From: an uncultured Planctomycetaceae bacterium | GTDB taxonomy: Bacteria > Planctomycetota > Planctomycetia > Pirellulales > PALSA-1355 | Direction: 5' to 3' | NCBI GenBank assembly: GCA_963785305.1 | Contig: CAWAUV010000002.1 | Span: 224,001 to 288,000 of the forward strand | DNA length: 64,000 nucleotides | Part shown: piece by piece, positions 42,959-52,685 of the stretch | Numbering within the stretch: the stretch's first letter is position 1 | Layout: each line of letters starts with the position of its first letter | Translations under genes and position numbers: made by a program | Notes under the pieces: model-generated | Told to the model about the DNA's origin: nothing | Database searches by the model: none | What the model saw: only the letters and a program-made list of their open reading frames with translations

Positions 42959-44146
42959 CTACTTGATGAGCACTGCCGGCAGACTATCGGCGATGGTGGT
43001 GAACGCGGTGGACAACTGCGAGGCGCTCGGCGCGTTGAAATACATGCCGTTGCCGTTGGTGGCCGCTTGCTGCATCGCGGTTCCATAGGAGCCGCTGATC
43101 GCCTCGGCGCTGAACGTGATCACATGGGTGATGATGTGGTTCGATTGGGCATAGCCCAGCGTGATCGGCGGAATGTTGGTGTTGCCCGTGGTCGGCACGC
43201 CATCGGTCATGAGAATAATCGTGCGATCGGCGGTGGTCCGCGCGAGCGAGCCGGTCAATTCGCTTTGGGCCAGCGCCAGCCCGGCCGAGATATTCGTGTC
43301 GCCCAAGAGCGGGTTCGAGCCGTAGGCGTTCATTGCCGTGGGCGTGAGGTTGTAGTTCGAGGTCAGCGGAACATCCAGGTTGGCCTCGGTGGCGGTGAAA
43401 CTGCCGAGTGAGAATGTCTCGGAGTATGTCACGAGCGACAAATGCACGTCGAGATTGCGGGCATTGAGCACCGCGATGAAATCGTTGACCGCCGTGGTCA
43501 ACGCCGCCCAACGACTGAGCGTCGGGCTGGGCGCCGTGAAGTAATTCTGGATCAGCGCCTGGGTGTTGTAGGGGCTCACGTTGGGATACACGAATTCGCT
43601 GCCGCTCAAGTCGAACGACATCGAGGCCGAGCGATCGAGCACCAGGCAGATATCGTGGCTGATCCGCGTGGTCAGCGATGTTTCCGAGATCGAAAACGAC
43701 GTGGCGGGCGTAAATGGCGCGAGGAAATAAGCCCGGTTCGCCGAGCCGATCACCTGCACGCTATTCATCGGGCTGCCATTGGGCGTGAAGATATATGTGC
43801 CGCCGCTATTGGCGGCGGCATTGCCGAAGGTGAAGTTGCTGGTCGCGAGATTGAGCGCCTGGCCGCCCACCAGGTTCTGATTCGACACGGTAGTGCCAAA
43901 CGCCACGGCCGAGCTCTGCGACTCCGTGGCGCCGAAATTGACTAGCGCCGCCTTGGCCGCCGAATCGCAAGCGATCCGCAGTTCCTCGCGAGTTTGCTGA
44001 ATGTAGGCTAGGTTCATGGCGAAGCAGGCCAGGATCAGCAACATCGGCAGCGTAAAAGCGACCAGCACCGTAATGGCGCCGCGCCGCTCGCCGCGGCGAC
44101 CGCGGCATTCAAGACTATCGGCGAATCGAATCATGATGCTCCTCAT
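42959..44146 (-). CDS. TadG-like pseudopilin with vWA domain
   Basis: RRG|AITVL plus TM, DSAAKAA, MIDAS motif LVLDRSASM, TNISAGL, ILMTDG. Confidence 0.87.
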   Translation of the reverse strand: MRSIMIRFADSLECRGRRGERRGAITVLVAFTLPMLLILACFAMNLAYIQQTREELRIACDSAAKAALVNFGATESQSSAVAFGTTVSNQNLVGGQALNLATSNFTFGNAAANSGGTYIFTPNGSPMNSVQVIGSANRAYFLAPFTPATSFSISETSLTTRISHDICLVLDRSASMSFDLSGSEFVYPNVSPYNTQALIQNYFTAPSPTLSRWAALTTAVNDFIAVLNARNLDVHLSLVTYSETFSLGSFTATEANLDVPLTSNYNLTPTAMNAYGSNPLLGDTNISAGLALAQSELTGSLARTTADRTIILMTDGVPTTGNTNIPPITLGYAQSNHIITHVITFSAEAISGSYGTAMQQAATNGNGMYFNAPSASQLSTAFTTIADSLPAVLIK

Positions 44147-44596
44147 TCGCTAATCAATGTCGCGCTGGCGTTGATCGTCAGCGACCGCGAAAGCACGACC
44201 GAGGTCACCGTGTTTTGACTCCACGGCGCGCTGATCGACACGACGACAACCGTCTGCGGAACCGCGTTCGTCAGACTGCTCGGAGAACAACGTGACCGTC
44301 GCCCCGTTCACGCCCAACTGCGTCAAAAGCGAGTTGCAATAAGTGATTACCTGCGGACCCGTGGCGGCGACTTGGCTCGACGTGGTCGGCCGCGTCGCCA
44401 GTCGGCAGGCTTCATAGGCCGCCGAAAGCATTCGGGTCCGCAAGTAGACCACATTGCAAATCTCGATCGTTCCGAACGCGAGGCTCACCAGCACGGGCAA
44501 GCAGAGCGCCAGTTCGACCGTGGCCATCGCCGAGCGGCGGCGAGAGCGCGGGCCGGGTCGGCGATGGGTTCTCGGTCGTAGTCGCCATTGCCACAT
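44143..44596 (-). CDS. TadE-like pseudopilin (frameshift near 44285)
   Basis: RRSAMATVELALCLPVLVSLAFGTIE...AAYEACR. The reconstructed end ...ATLISE* overlaps the next ATG (ATGA). Confidence 0.82.
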
Positions 44597-44685
44597 GCTG
44601 CCTTTCACCGTCGCTCTCCTCCCAGCTCGAATCCGAGTGACGAATCGTAACCGCCTCGATCAACCAACACTCGCCACGCGGCTTG

Positions 44686-45501
44686 TCATTTCGGCAAACT
44701 ACTGGCCGACCGCAAGGCCGCGGCGTTTTCGGCGCCGATGTCGACCACGAACATCACATCGTTGCAGTCCTGGTCACCGCCGCCCGGGTAGTCCTCGAAG
44801 CCGATGATGATGTACTGGCTGTTGTCGGGAAAGAACGCGATCATGTGCTGGAAGCCGTCGGAGTTGTTGCTGGCGCCGTTGTACCAGACATTGGCCGGAG
44901 CGCCTTTGCTGCTCTCGTTCGAGTAGCAGAAGAAGGCGAGTTGCTGACCGGCATTCACGGTCGGCAGTTGCACGAAGTCGCCGGGCAGCACCGGATAGGT
45001 GCTGGTGCGCGAGGTGCTGCCGTTCCAATGCACGTCGGACATGCAGGTCATGTTCGTGCCACTGACCTCCGACGAAGTGGTGCGCTGACCGTGGCGACCG
45101 TCACGCCGAATCCGTCGATGAAGTCGGCGTAGCCATATAGGAAGTAACAGCGCGGCGTGTATGTGAACCAGAAGTAAAGCCGTGTCGGATCCAACTGGTT
45201 CAGACCGGCGCCGGTATACTTCACTCCTTCCTTGAGCTGCGAGAGCACGAGGCTCATATAAGTCGGCTCAAGGGCTTGAAACGCTTTGGAGGCGCTGTCC
45301 GAACCGGCGTTATACGTCTTGCTGGCGAACGGATAGCTGAGCGGGATCGTGGTGGTTTGGTACGACGACGCCGTGGCCCCGGAAACCGACGTGAGATAGC
45401 TGGGGGAACTCGAACCGGAACCATGCGCCGCTACGCGCCGAGGAAGCCGCGCAACCGGCGAAGATCACCGCGAGCAAGAGTCGGGTTTGAAGATGGCTCA
45501 T
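44686..45501 (-). CDS. Exported DUF4114-like protein (2-3 frameshifts)
   Basis: Signal peptide MSHLQTRLLLAVIFAG; C-terminal NSDGFQHM...IIGFEDYPGGGDQDCNDVMFVV. Confidence 0.65.
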
Positions 45502-45656
45502 GGACACATTCCTCACAAAAAAAGACGGGTCGGAAAATGTTTCGATTCCAAGCAGGGCCCACCGGGGGGCGGCAATATCGCGAGTCCGACGCTTGGCGCT
45601 GAAGGGAATGTCGCGCGATCTGTCGGCCGGCTGGGCCTGACGCCCGGTCCGCCGAA

Positions 45657-45750
45657 CGGCGAACGAGGCAAGTCGTCTGGGAGAGTCTGACAATACCCAG
45701 GCAATTGCCTCGTTTGCCGGGGAGTTCCCGAAGGTATTGTCAGACCCTCC
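45657..45750. other. Interleaved inverted repeats (candidate structured RNA leader or miniature element)
   Basis: 45680-45697 pairs with 45733-45750 (17/18) and 45657-45671 pairs with 45705-45719 (14/15). Confidence 0.6.
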
Positions 45751-45896
45751 AAGGGATATCTAGGTCGAAAGAAGCCTTTGTCAACTCGCGGCAAGACAAT
45801 TTTTGATCGCTGGACCAAATAGACTCAAGAAATGGATCGTCTTCGGGCGACGAGCGGGGCGGCCATCGAAACACGTTGCGAAATCGCATCGCCGCA

Positions 45897-46706
45897 TTAC
45901 GGGCTCGGTGGCGATGCAGTGGCGGTCTTTTTTCGCCACGGCATGAAATGCTTTCGCAAGTCGCCAAAGCGAATTTCCGCGCCGCCCGTCACCGACACAT
46001 TGTTCATCGTCGGTAAATCGTCGCCGCCGACGCGGGTACTGTCTAGCAGTTCGGCTCGCAAGATCAGCCAGTCCTTCAGCGGATACTTCACACCGACGCC
46101 AAAGGGCACATCGGCAAATCCACGCTGGGTTTTTTCGCCCTGGGCATCCAGGAATTTGAAATCGGCAACGCCTCCGCCCACGATCATATACGGACGAAAC
46201 TTCGCATTGCCCAGCGGATAAAACAGCACGCTCAGATCCCCGAACAGAATCGACTCGGTCTCGATCGCCGCCGCATTGAAGCGGCGCGACTCCATCAGCC
46301 ATGCGTCGGCAAGGCGCGCCTCGACACCCCAGTGATCGGAAAAATCCCAGCCATAGCGCTTGGCCAGGATCGGACCATTGGGAATGTCGCTGATCGATCG
46401 CGAGAACGGATCGCCCGTCAGCCAACCCACTTGATAGCTACCGCTGAACGGCAGATCGCGCCAGCAAAATTCCTTGGGCGCGGCGATCATGGGAGTCGAC
46501 GCCTCGATCAACGCGGGCGGCGGCAATTCGTCGGGCGTTGCATCGACCGGTGGAAGTGGCACGACCTCCTCGGCGTTCGATGGGCCGGTGGACTCGGCGA
46601 CGGTTTCGCCGGCGATCTCGCCGGGCGGTGGCGTCGATGTCCGCAACCGCGCGCAGCCGAGCAAGAGGCCGCAAAACACGATAATCCGGCCCGGAAACCG
46701 CGACAT
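45897..46706 (-). CDS. Outer-membrane beta-barrel domain protein, possibly lipidated
   Basis: LLLGC lipobox-like N-terminus, Pro-rich linker, alternating strands YGWDFSDHWGVEARL, FRPYMIVGGG, FGVGVKY, VSVTGGAEIRF. Confidence 0.72.
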   Translation of the reverse strand: MSRFPGRIIVFCGLLLGCARLRTSTPPPGEIAGETVAESTGPSNAEEVVPLPPVDATPDELPPPALIEASTPMIAAPKEFCWRDLPFSGSYQVGWLTGDPFSRSISDIPNGPILAKRYGWDFSDHWGVEARLADAWLMESRRFNAAAIETESILFGDLSVLFYPLGNAKFRPYMIVGGGVADFKFLDAQGEKTQRGFADVPFGVGVKYPLKDWLILRAELLDSTRVGGDDLPTMNNVSVTGGAEIRFGDLRKHFMPWRKKTATASPPSP

Positions 46707-47132
46707 TCTTACCCCGGTGGCGCGATCGTCGAAATCGCTCGGCGCGAGACGCCAGACGCCCAATGCGAAACGCCAAAACGGTATTTCCCCGTCGAACTGA
46801 TAGTTGAGGGCCCGACTCGGCGTCAAGCTTGTCTGGGCGGTTTAGAGCCTTTGGAGTCTTTCGCACTGGAAAAACAGCGTGTGGCCGGCCGCGCGGCATC
46901 CTACTGGCGTAGCGCATGGGAGCGCCACTTTGTCGCCCCCGGACCGTAGCAATCGCGGCCGCGGAAGGATATCTTGGAGAGTAGCTCCGCGCCGGCGGCG
47001 CCGGTCCGCAATCGCATGGGCGGTCGTTCGCCGGGCCAGATTTCCTTCTCGATTTCGCTTTTCTCCCCTCGCTCAAAACACTCGAAGGCGGTTCGTATGA
47101 TCGGCTTGCAAAGGATCGTCGCTCGCAACCTG

Positions 47133-47930
47133 ATGAATCCTCGTTTTCAACTCCGCTCGCGCCGCGAAATCTTTCGCGCGTGCGTCGGCGGATTGCTCGT
47201 CGCGCTCGCGGCGCCGCTGGCCTTTGCCCAGCAAGACCCGGATCGCCCCCCCGACCAAAAAGCGCTCGACGATAAAGGCTCGATCGAAGGAGTCGAAGGC
47301 CCGCTGCTCACCACCAAGCTCGAGCGCGGCGACTGGGTGCTCACGGTGAGCCCGCAAACAATGGTGCATGTGACCGGCACGGCCGAGCCCGACTATCTGC
47401 ACCCGGGCGTGTTCGTGAAGTTCTCGGGAGAAATCGACAAGAAGGGCGTGTTGCAAAAGGAGCTCGAAGCGGTCGAGATTTTCACGCCCGTCGCGAAAGG
47501 CGGAGTGGGAATTTTCGAGAACGCCACCGACGACGCCAAAGTCGTGCGCGCGCCGAGCGAGGGCGCCACCTATGAATTTCGCGGCCGGGTGGCCTCGTAT
47601 AAGCCGGGCGAGCTCGTGCTCACGGCCGGCAGCAAGAAAATCTTCGCGAAGACCGCCGGCACATTGAATGTGGCGGTGAACACCTCGGACCTGGGCATGG
47701 CGCAGGCCGGCGACTCGGTCGTGGTTACCGGATGGTACACCGACGAACAGAAGCCCGACGCGGGCCAGATGCGTCCCGGCTATGCGGCGGCGGCCACGCT
47801 CACGATCACGCTCAGCAAGCCGCTGGCGCCGACGAAAAAGACTCGCGCCGCTCCGACCAGGCACGCGCGTACTCCCAAAGGCGCGGCGCCCGCCGCTCCG
47901 ACCGAACCGCCCAACCCGTTTGCGAATTAG
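47133..47930 (+). CDS. Exported hypothetical protein
   Basis: SRREIF plus hydrophobic stretch and AFA cleavage site; two similar beta-rich halves; typical codon usage. Confidence 0.65.
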   Translation: MNPRFQLRSRREIFRACVGGLLVALAAPLAFAQQDPDRPPDQKALDDKGSIEGVEGPLLTTKLERGDWVLTVSPQTMVHVTGTAEPDYLHPGVFVKFSGEIDKKGVLQKELEAVEIFTPVAKGGVGIFENATDDAKVVRAPSEGATYEFRGRVASYKPGELVLTAGSKKIFAKTAGTLNVAVNTSDLGMAQAGDSVVVTGWYTDEQKPDAGQMRPGYAAAATLTITLSKPLAPTKKTRAAPTRHARTPKGAAPAAPTEPPNPFAN

Positions 47931-48077
47931 ACGCATTCTCCCGGCGGTTTGCCAGATGAACGGCAGCCGCCGCGCGGCCCGATCCGGCGGGCGGCCGGAG
48001 CGGATGCCTCGCGCCCGCTGGGCGAACAGGTCGCGATATCGTCTTGGGTCGCCTTCTTGGGCTGTCGCGGATCTCGC

Positions 48078-48577
48078 ATGCCGGAATTCGAACACCTGCG
48101 TCACAAGCCGCCCTCGGCGCTCGAGCGGCCGCGCGAACTGATCGTGGCCTGCGCGCCGCTAGGGAGCAATGTGAATCTTTCCCGAATCGTGCGCACCGCG
48201 AGTTGCTGCGGCTTGAGCAAGATCATTTGCTGCGGTTCGGCCAAGGTGATCGAAAAGATCGCCCGCGACGGCGCTTCCGCCATCGAAGTCGAGTCGCATC
48301 GCACGCTTCCGCCGGTTCTCAAGCAACTCAAGGCCGAGGGCTACCAGTTGGTCGGACTCGAACAAACGACCAACGCCACATGCCTGCATGCTTTCGCTTT
48401 CGCTGCCGGACGGCGATCGTCGTGGGCAACGAACGCCAGGGACTCATGCCCGACGAGCTGCGCCTAGTCGACGCCGTGGTCGAGATTCCGGTTTGGGGCT
48501 TGCCCTATAGCTACAATGTGGCCTCGGCCACCGATATGGCGCTCTACGAATATTGCCGGCAATATCCGCGCGGCTGA
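48078..48577 (+). CDS. SpoU/TrmH family RNA methyltransferase (frameshift near 48400)
   Basis: NVNLSRIVRTA, LVGLEQT, IVVGNERQG, VEIP, SYNVASA. Confidence 0.88.
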
Positions 48578-48583
48578 GCCACC

Positions 48584-48625
48584 GCGAACGGCGTTTTCCG
48601 GCGAACGGCGTTTTCCGGCGAACGG
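48584..48625. repeat. 17-bp tandem repeat x2.5
   Basis: GCGAACGGCGTTTTCCG at 48584 and 48601, plus a partial copy at 48618, between convergent genes. Confidence 0.8.
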
Positions 48626-48626
48626 G

Positions 48627-49841
48627 TCATGGAGCGCCATCCTTGCCGTGGCCATGCGATCGCTCGCTGTTGCCTCGCGCCTTTGCCCGTTTGGGTTCGC
48701 CGACCCGAGCCGCGGGCGGCTCCGGCGCCTCATCAGCGCTCGCGCTTGGCTCGACCGAAAAGGCCGGGTCCGCATGCGCGGGCTGAAGGAAAAACAGTCG
48801 TCGCAATTCTCGCTGGAGTTTGTCGGGAGGCAGGTTCAGCAGTTCCTCGCGTTTTTGCGGCGAGAGCCCGGTTTCGAAAAAATGCTGCAACTCCTCGACG
48901 GCGATCGCCGACATCGGCCGCTCGAGCCGGGCTGCTTCCCAGCGATGGCGCACCGAGGCTTGCGACCAGCGTCGGAGCAGCTTGGCTTGCTGCGACACTC
49001 CGCCGGCCTCGCGCAGACTCGCTTGCGCCCCCGGTGAAAGTCGATCGATCATCGCACTGATCTCCGCGGCCGTCGGCGGCGGCAACGACGCGATCACCGC
49101 GCGGGAATTCGGATTCCGCGGGACCATCAGAAACAGAATCGCCTTCCGGCGCTTGGCCGCGTCCAATTGTTCGATCTGTTTCCGACGCTCGGCGGGAATC
49201 GCGGCCAACAGTTGTTCTTGATGCGCGTCGAGATAGCCGGTGTACCACTTGAGAACATGCGCCAAATCCGCGGCGCTGAGCGGTTCACCGGCCGCGGTTT
49301 CCGCGTGGATGCTCGCATATTGCTCGGCGCGGATCGCCTTGATTTTCGCCAGGCGCTCGTTTGGCGGAAGATCCAAGAGCTCGCTTCGCTGCGGCAAACT
49401 CAAATTGCGCAGCCATTCGTGATAGCGGAGCATCACATAACGCAATTGCTCCGCGTCGGGCGCGATCTCCAGAGCACGCGACAACCGCCGCAATTTTTCC
49501 TGTTCGGCCGGCGACAGCTCCGCCAGCCGCTCGCGATTGTGCAACACATGCTCATAACGATCCGGACTCATGGAGAGCACTCGCTGACGGCGCGCCGTGA
49601 GATCCACGACGTGCGCGGGCGCTTGATCGGTCGCCGACACGGTCGTCGCGTCGCGCGCCGGCGCGACCTGCTCCTCGGAGGCCGTGGGCGATGGGCCCGC
49701 GGCGCCCAGGAAAAGCAACACCCCGGCCGCGACCACGAGCCCCGTTCCGCGCGCGAGCCGCCGCGAAGACTGCCCGGCGGCGCCGCGGCGCGGCTCGATT
49801 TCCAACGAACCGTCCGCCCGATTCGCGATTTCAATTCGCAT
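48627..49841 (-). CDS. Helical periplasmic hypothetical protein of the ECF locus
   Basis: Hydrophobic N-terminal segment then repeated LSPxxR/QxxL helical units. The start overlaps the anti-sigma stop region. Confidence 0.65.
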   Translation of the reverse strand: MRIEIANRADGSLEIEPRRGAAGQSSRRLARGTGLVVAAGVLLFLGAAGPSPTASEEQVAPARDATTVSATDQAPAHVVDLTARRQRVLSMSPDRYEHVLHNRERLAELSPAEQEKLRRLSRALEIAPDAEQLRYVMLRYHEWLRNLSLPQRSELLDLPPNERLAKIKAIRAEQYASIHAETAAGEPLSAADLAHVLKWYTGYLDAHQEQLLAAIPAERRKQIEQLDAAKRRKAILFLMVPRNPNSRAVIASLPPPTAAEISAMIDRLSPGAQASLREAGGVSQQAKLLRRWSQASVRHRWEAARLERPMSAIAVEELQHFFETGLSPQKREELLNLPPDKLQRELRRLFFLQPAHADPAFSVEPSASADEAPEPPAARVGEPKRAKARGNSERSHGHGKDGAP

Positions 49842-50349
49842 GATCGTTCTCCTCGGCGAACACGCCATCGTGGTCGAGCGATCGCAAGAATTCGATCGAG
49901 TCGCCATGCCGATAGGCGTCGAAATGCTCGAGGAGCGGAAGTTCGCGCAACAGTTCCTGATTCGGGTCGGGCCAAAGGCGCCGCCCGAGTCCGACGCCGA
50001 ATAGAAACGCCGCCGCCACCAGCAGCGTCCCGGCCACTCGCCGCCGAAACCGTTTCTTCGGCGCGACGACTTTGGCGCGTTCCACATCCGCGCTGGCCGC
50101 CGTGGCGACCATGGCCATCGTCGAGCGAGTGAAACTTTCATCCACGCGGGCCGCCGGAAGCGAATCCAGCAGCCGCCAAGTTCGCTCGAGCCGGTGCAAC
50201 TCCTCGCGGTAGGCGCCATCGGTCGCAAGTCGCGATTCGACACGGCGCCGTGCGCCGGGCTCGAGTTCGCCATCGAGATAGGCGGTCAACTCCTCGGTGA
50301 GCGATGCCTCGGCGCCCGGGGCGCCGTCGGGCGTTTCGTTCTCGGGCAT
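49831..50349 (-). CDS. Anti-sigma factor (single TM)
   Basis: ELTAYLDGELEPGARRRVESRL N-terminal motif, TM helix, directly downstream of the ECF sigma gene. Confidence 0.82.
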   Translation of the reverse strand: MPENETPDGAPGAEASLTEELTAYLDGELEPGARRRVESRLATDGAYREELHRLERTWRLLDSLPAARVDESFTRSTMAMVATAASADVERAKVVAPKKRFRRRVAGTLLVAAAFLFGVGLGRRLWPDPNQELLRELPLLEHFDAYRHGDSIEFLRSLDHDGVFAEENDHAN

Positions 50350-50352
50350 GAT

Positions 50353-51113
50353 TCAATCCTCATCGGCGTCGGGCGATGGTTTCGAGTCGGCGCCGGCCGC
50401 GCCACCCGCCGTTCCGTTCGATAGCCGATCCTGGTCGGGTTGTTCCGGGCTGAATTGTTCGGGGTTGGGAGAACGCAAATCGCTCGGCCGTGCGCCCCGT
50501 TCCAAATAGGGTTCGAGCGCTTTGCGCAGATTGATGCGAGCCCGCGACACCAGCGACTTGACCGCTTGGGGCGACATCCCCATCGTTTCACCGATGTCGG
50601 CGTAGCTCATTTCCTCGAACTTGGCGAGCAACACCGCCATGCGTTGGCGCTCGCCAAGACCGGCCAGCGCCGTTTGCACCACCGCGCAAAGCTCGGTTCT
50701 ATCGAGCCGCCGGGTCGGCATCAACCCGCTGGCGGCTTGGGCGAGCCGATCGAGCGGATTCGGACCGAGCGGCCCGCTCTCGCGCGAGTTCAAATGCACT
50801 TCCGGCCGCCGCGACCGCGAGCGCAGCGCGTTGACCGCCACATGGTTCGCGATCGTGAAGAGCCAGGTCGAAAACTTGGCGCCCACGATATATCGCTTGC
50901 GGGCTCGATAGACTCGCAAAAATACTTCTTGCGCAAGTCCTCGGCCTGATGCCGATTGCCGACCAAGTGTTCGAGCACCGTGACCACTCGGTGCTGATAG
51001 CGAAGCATCAATTCATCGAACGCCGCGGCGTCGTCGTCGCGCACGCGCAGCATGAGCCGCACATCCGGATCTTGGAGCTCGTAGCGATGGGCAGCCGATT
51101 CGCTGATGGACAC
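50353..51113 (-). CDS. ECF (sigma-70 group 4) RNA polymerase sigma factor (frameshift near 50930)
   Basis: DVRLMLRV, AFDELMLRY, AEDL, KFSTWLFTIA, MSYADIGETMG, VKSLVSRAR. Confidence 0.9.
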
Positions 51114-51184
51114 GTCGCAAGCCCTCGTGCTGGGGTCGATGGCGTCGCTCTCTTAGTTGTATTTCGCCCGAGAGCCGGAGGGAA

Positions 51185-51210
51185 GACGCGAACGCCGGAA
51201 TCGAGGTTTT
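51185..51210 (-). promoter_or_regulatory. Possible autoregulatory ECF promoter
   Basis: Minus strand AAAAC-N17-CGTC about 70 nt upstream of the sigma gene, resembling AAC/CGT ECF consensus elements. Confidence 0.35.
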
Positions 51211-51250
51211 GACCGCTCCACTTGCCCTTTAAAGCCTATCCGACAACTTT

Positions 51251-51284
51251 CCCCCTCTCTCTTTGGGAGAGGGTAGGCCGAGGG
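51251..51284. repeat. REP-like palindromic element (CCCTCTC...GGGAGAGGG type)
   Basis: Hairpin CCCTCTCTC-TTT-GGGAGAGGG followed by TAGGCCGAGGG, intergenic. Confidence 0.55.
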
Positions 51285-51396
51285 CTCGCCGAAGTTCTCG
51301 GATGGGCTGTCATAAGAGCGTGCCGAAGGCGCCGATGCCACACGCGCCGCAATGGGGGCCACGGAGCGCACGAGGGCAGGTTTACCCGCAATCCCG

Positions 51397-51443
51397 TCAG
51401 CCCGCCGCGCGCACTCAGCCCGCCGCGCTCACTCAGCGCGGCG
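51397..51443. repeat. 18-bp tandem repeat at the rlmN stop
   Basis: TCAGCCCGCCGCGCGCAC, TCAGCCCGCCGCGCTCAC, TCAGCGCGGCG. Confidence 0.7.
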
Positions 51444-52476
51444 ACAATTCAACGAGACGCGGCTGCGAACGGCGCAACTGGCCGCAAGCGGCGTCGATCG
51501 CGTCGCCCTTGCGCTCGCGAATCTCGACCGTGAGGCCGGCCTCGCGCAAAATTCGCGTAAACCGCTCGCGAGACCGGGCCGTGGGCGATTTATAAGGCAA
51601 GCCCGACACGCTATTGTACGGAATCACATTCACGAGCGCCGTGCGACCACGAAGCCGCGCCGCAAGCCGCTCGGCGTGCTCGGGCCGGTCGTTCAATTCG
51701 CCCAGCAACACATATTCGAACGTCAGCCGGCGGCCCGATGCTTCGAAATAGCGGTCGGCGGCGGCTAGGATCGCGTCGAGCCCGGTCTTGGCATTGACCG
51801 GCACCAGTTCGTTGCGGAGCGCATCGTCGGGAGCATGCAGCGACACCGCCAGATGATATCGTGCCTTGGCCTCGGTCAAACGATCCATCGCCGGCGGCAA
51901 GCCCACGGTCGAAATCGTGATGCGACGAGCGCTGATGCCGAGCCCGGTTGGGCTCGTCGCGTCGCCCAAGGCCGACAGCAGCCGATCCAGGTTGGCCAGC
52001 GGCTCGCCCATGCCCATCACCACGATATGGCTCAGCCGCTCGCCGGCGGGCAAGAGCCGATCAAGTCGCAGGGTCTGCTCGAGGATTTCGCCCCGCGTCA
52101 GGTTCCGCGCCACGCCTTCGAGCCCACTGGCGCAAAACACGCAGCCCATGGCGCAGCCCACCTGGGTGCTGATGCAAATCGTGCGGCGAGCGCCGTTGCG
52201 CAAGAGGACGCACTCGATCCGTTCGCCATCGGCCAACCGCAAAAGCAGCTTCTCGGTTCCATCGGCCGATCGCGAGTGATGCGCCACTTGGGTCGAGAAG
52301 AAAGTAAAGTCCTCGGCGAGCTGCGATCGCAAGCTCTTGGGCAAATCGCTCATCGCCTCGAACGACTCCGCCCGTCCGGCGAATAGCCAGTGGCGAATCT
52401 GCGCGGCGCGATAGGCCGGCGCCCCGCGGTCGGCGAGCCAAGCCGACCAATCGTTGAATTCGAGCACATGCGTCAT
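51433..52476 (-). CDS. rlmN: 23S rRNA (A2503-C2) methyltransferase RlmN (start may be upstream at 52563)
   Basis: DGTEKLL, CISTQVGCAMGCVFCASG, MGMGEPL, RRITISTVG, LAVSLHA, TFEYVLL, VNVIPYN, IDAACGQL. Confidence 0.95.
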   Translation of the reverse strand: MTHVLEFNDWSAWLADRGAPAYRAAQIRHWLFAGRAESFEAMSDLPKSLRSQLAEDFTFFSTQVAHHSRSADGTEKLLLRLADGERIECVLLRNGARRTICISTQVGCAMGCVFCASGLEGVARNLTRGEILEQTLRLDRLLPAGERLSHIVVMGMGEPLANLDRLLSALGDATSPTGLGISARRITISTVGLPPAMDRLTEAKARYHLAVSLHAPDDALRNELVPVNAKTGLDAILAAADRYFEASGRRLTFEYVLLGELNDRPEHAERLAARLRGRTALVNVIPYNSVSGLPYKSPTARSRERFTRILREAGLTVEIRERKGDAIDAACGQLRRSQPRLVELSPR

Positions 52477-52685
52477 CCGCGTCACCGATCCCCCCACGTC
52501 CCGGCTCGCCACCGTGGCGCCGATTGTCGGGGCCGCCGAGCAGCCGGCGCTCGAACCATCCATTGTGCCCTCGGGCAATCGAATCGCCAAGAGCCGCCGG
52601 CGCGAGAGACGCGGGAAAAGAGCCCGATCGGCCGACAGACGGACGAAATGGCGATTTTTTAGACCACGCGGATTTTTGGTCTCTA

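Noticed and set aside
48550..48565. Perfect 16-bp palindrome ATATTGCCGGCAATAT
   Set aside because: Lies inside the methyltransferase coding sequence (EYCRQY); no independent sign of function.
48584..48625. Short direct repeats as a CRISPR array
   Set aside because: 17-bp units are directly adjacent with no spacers, and there are no cas genes in the window.
48627..50273. 548 aa ORF overlapping the anti-sigma gene
   Set aside because: The upstream part is an alternative-frame read of the anti-sigma gene; the plausible start is ATG 49841.
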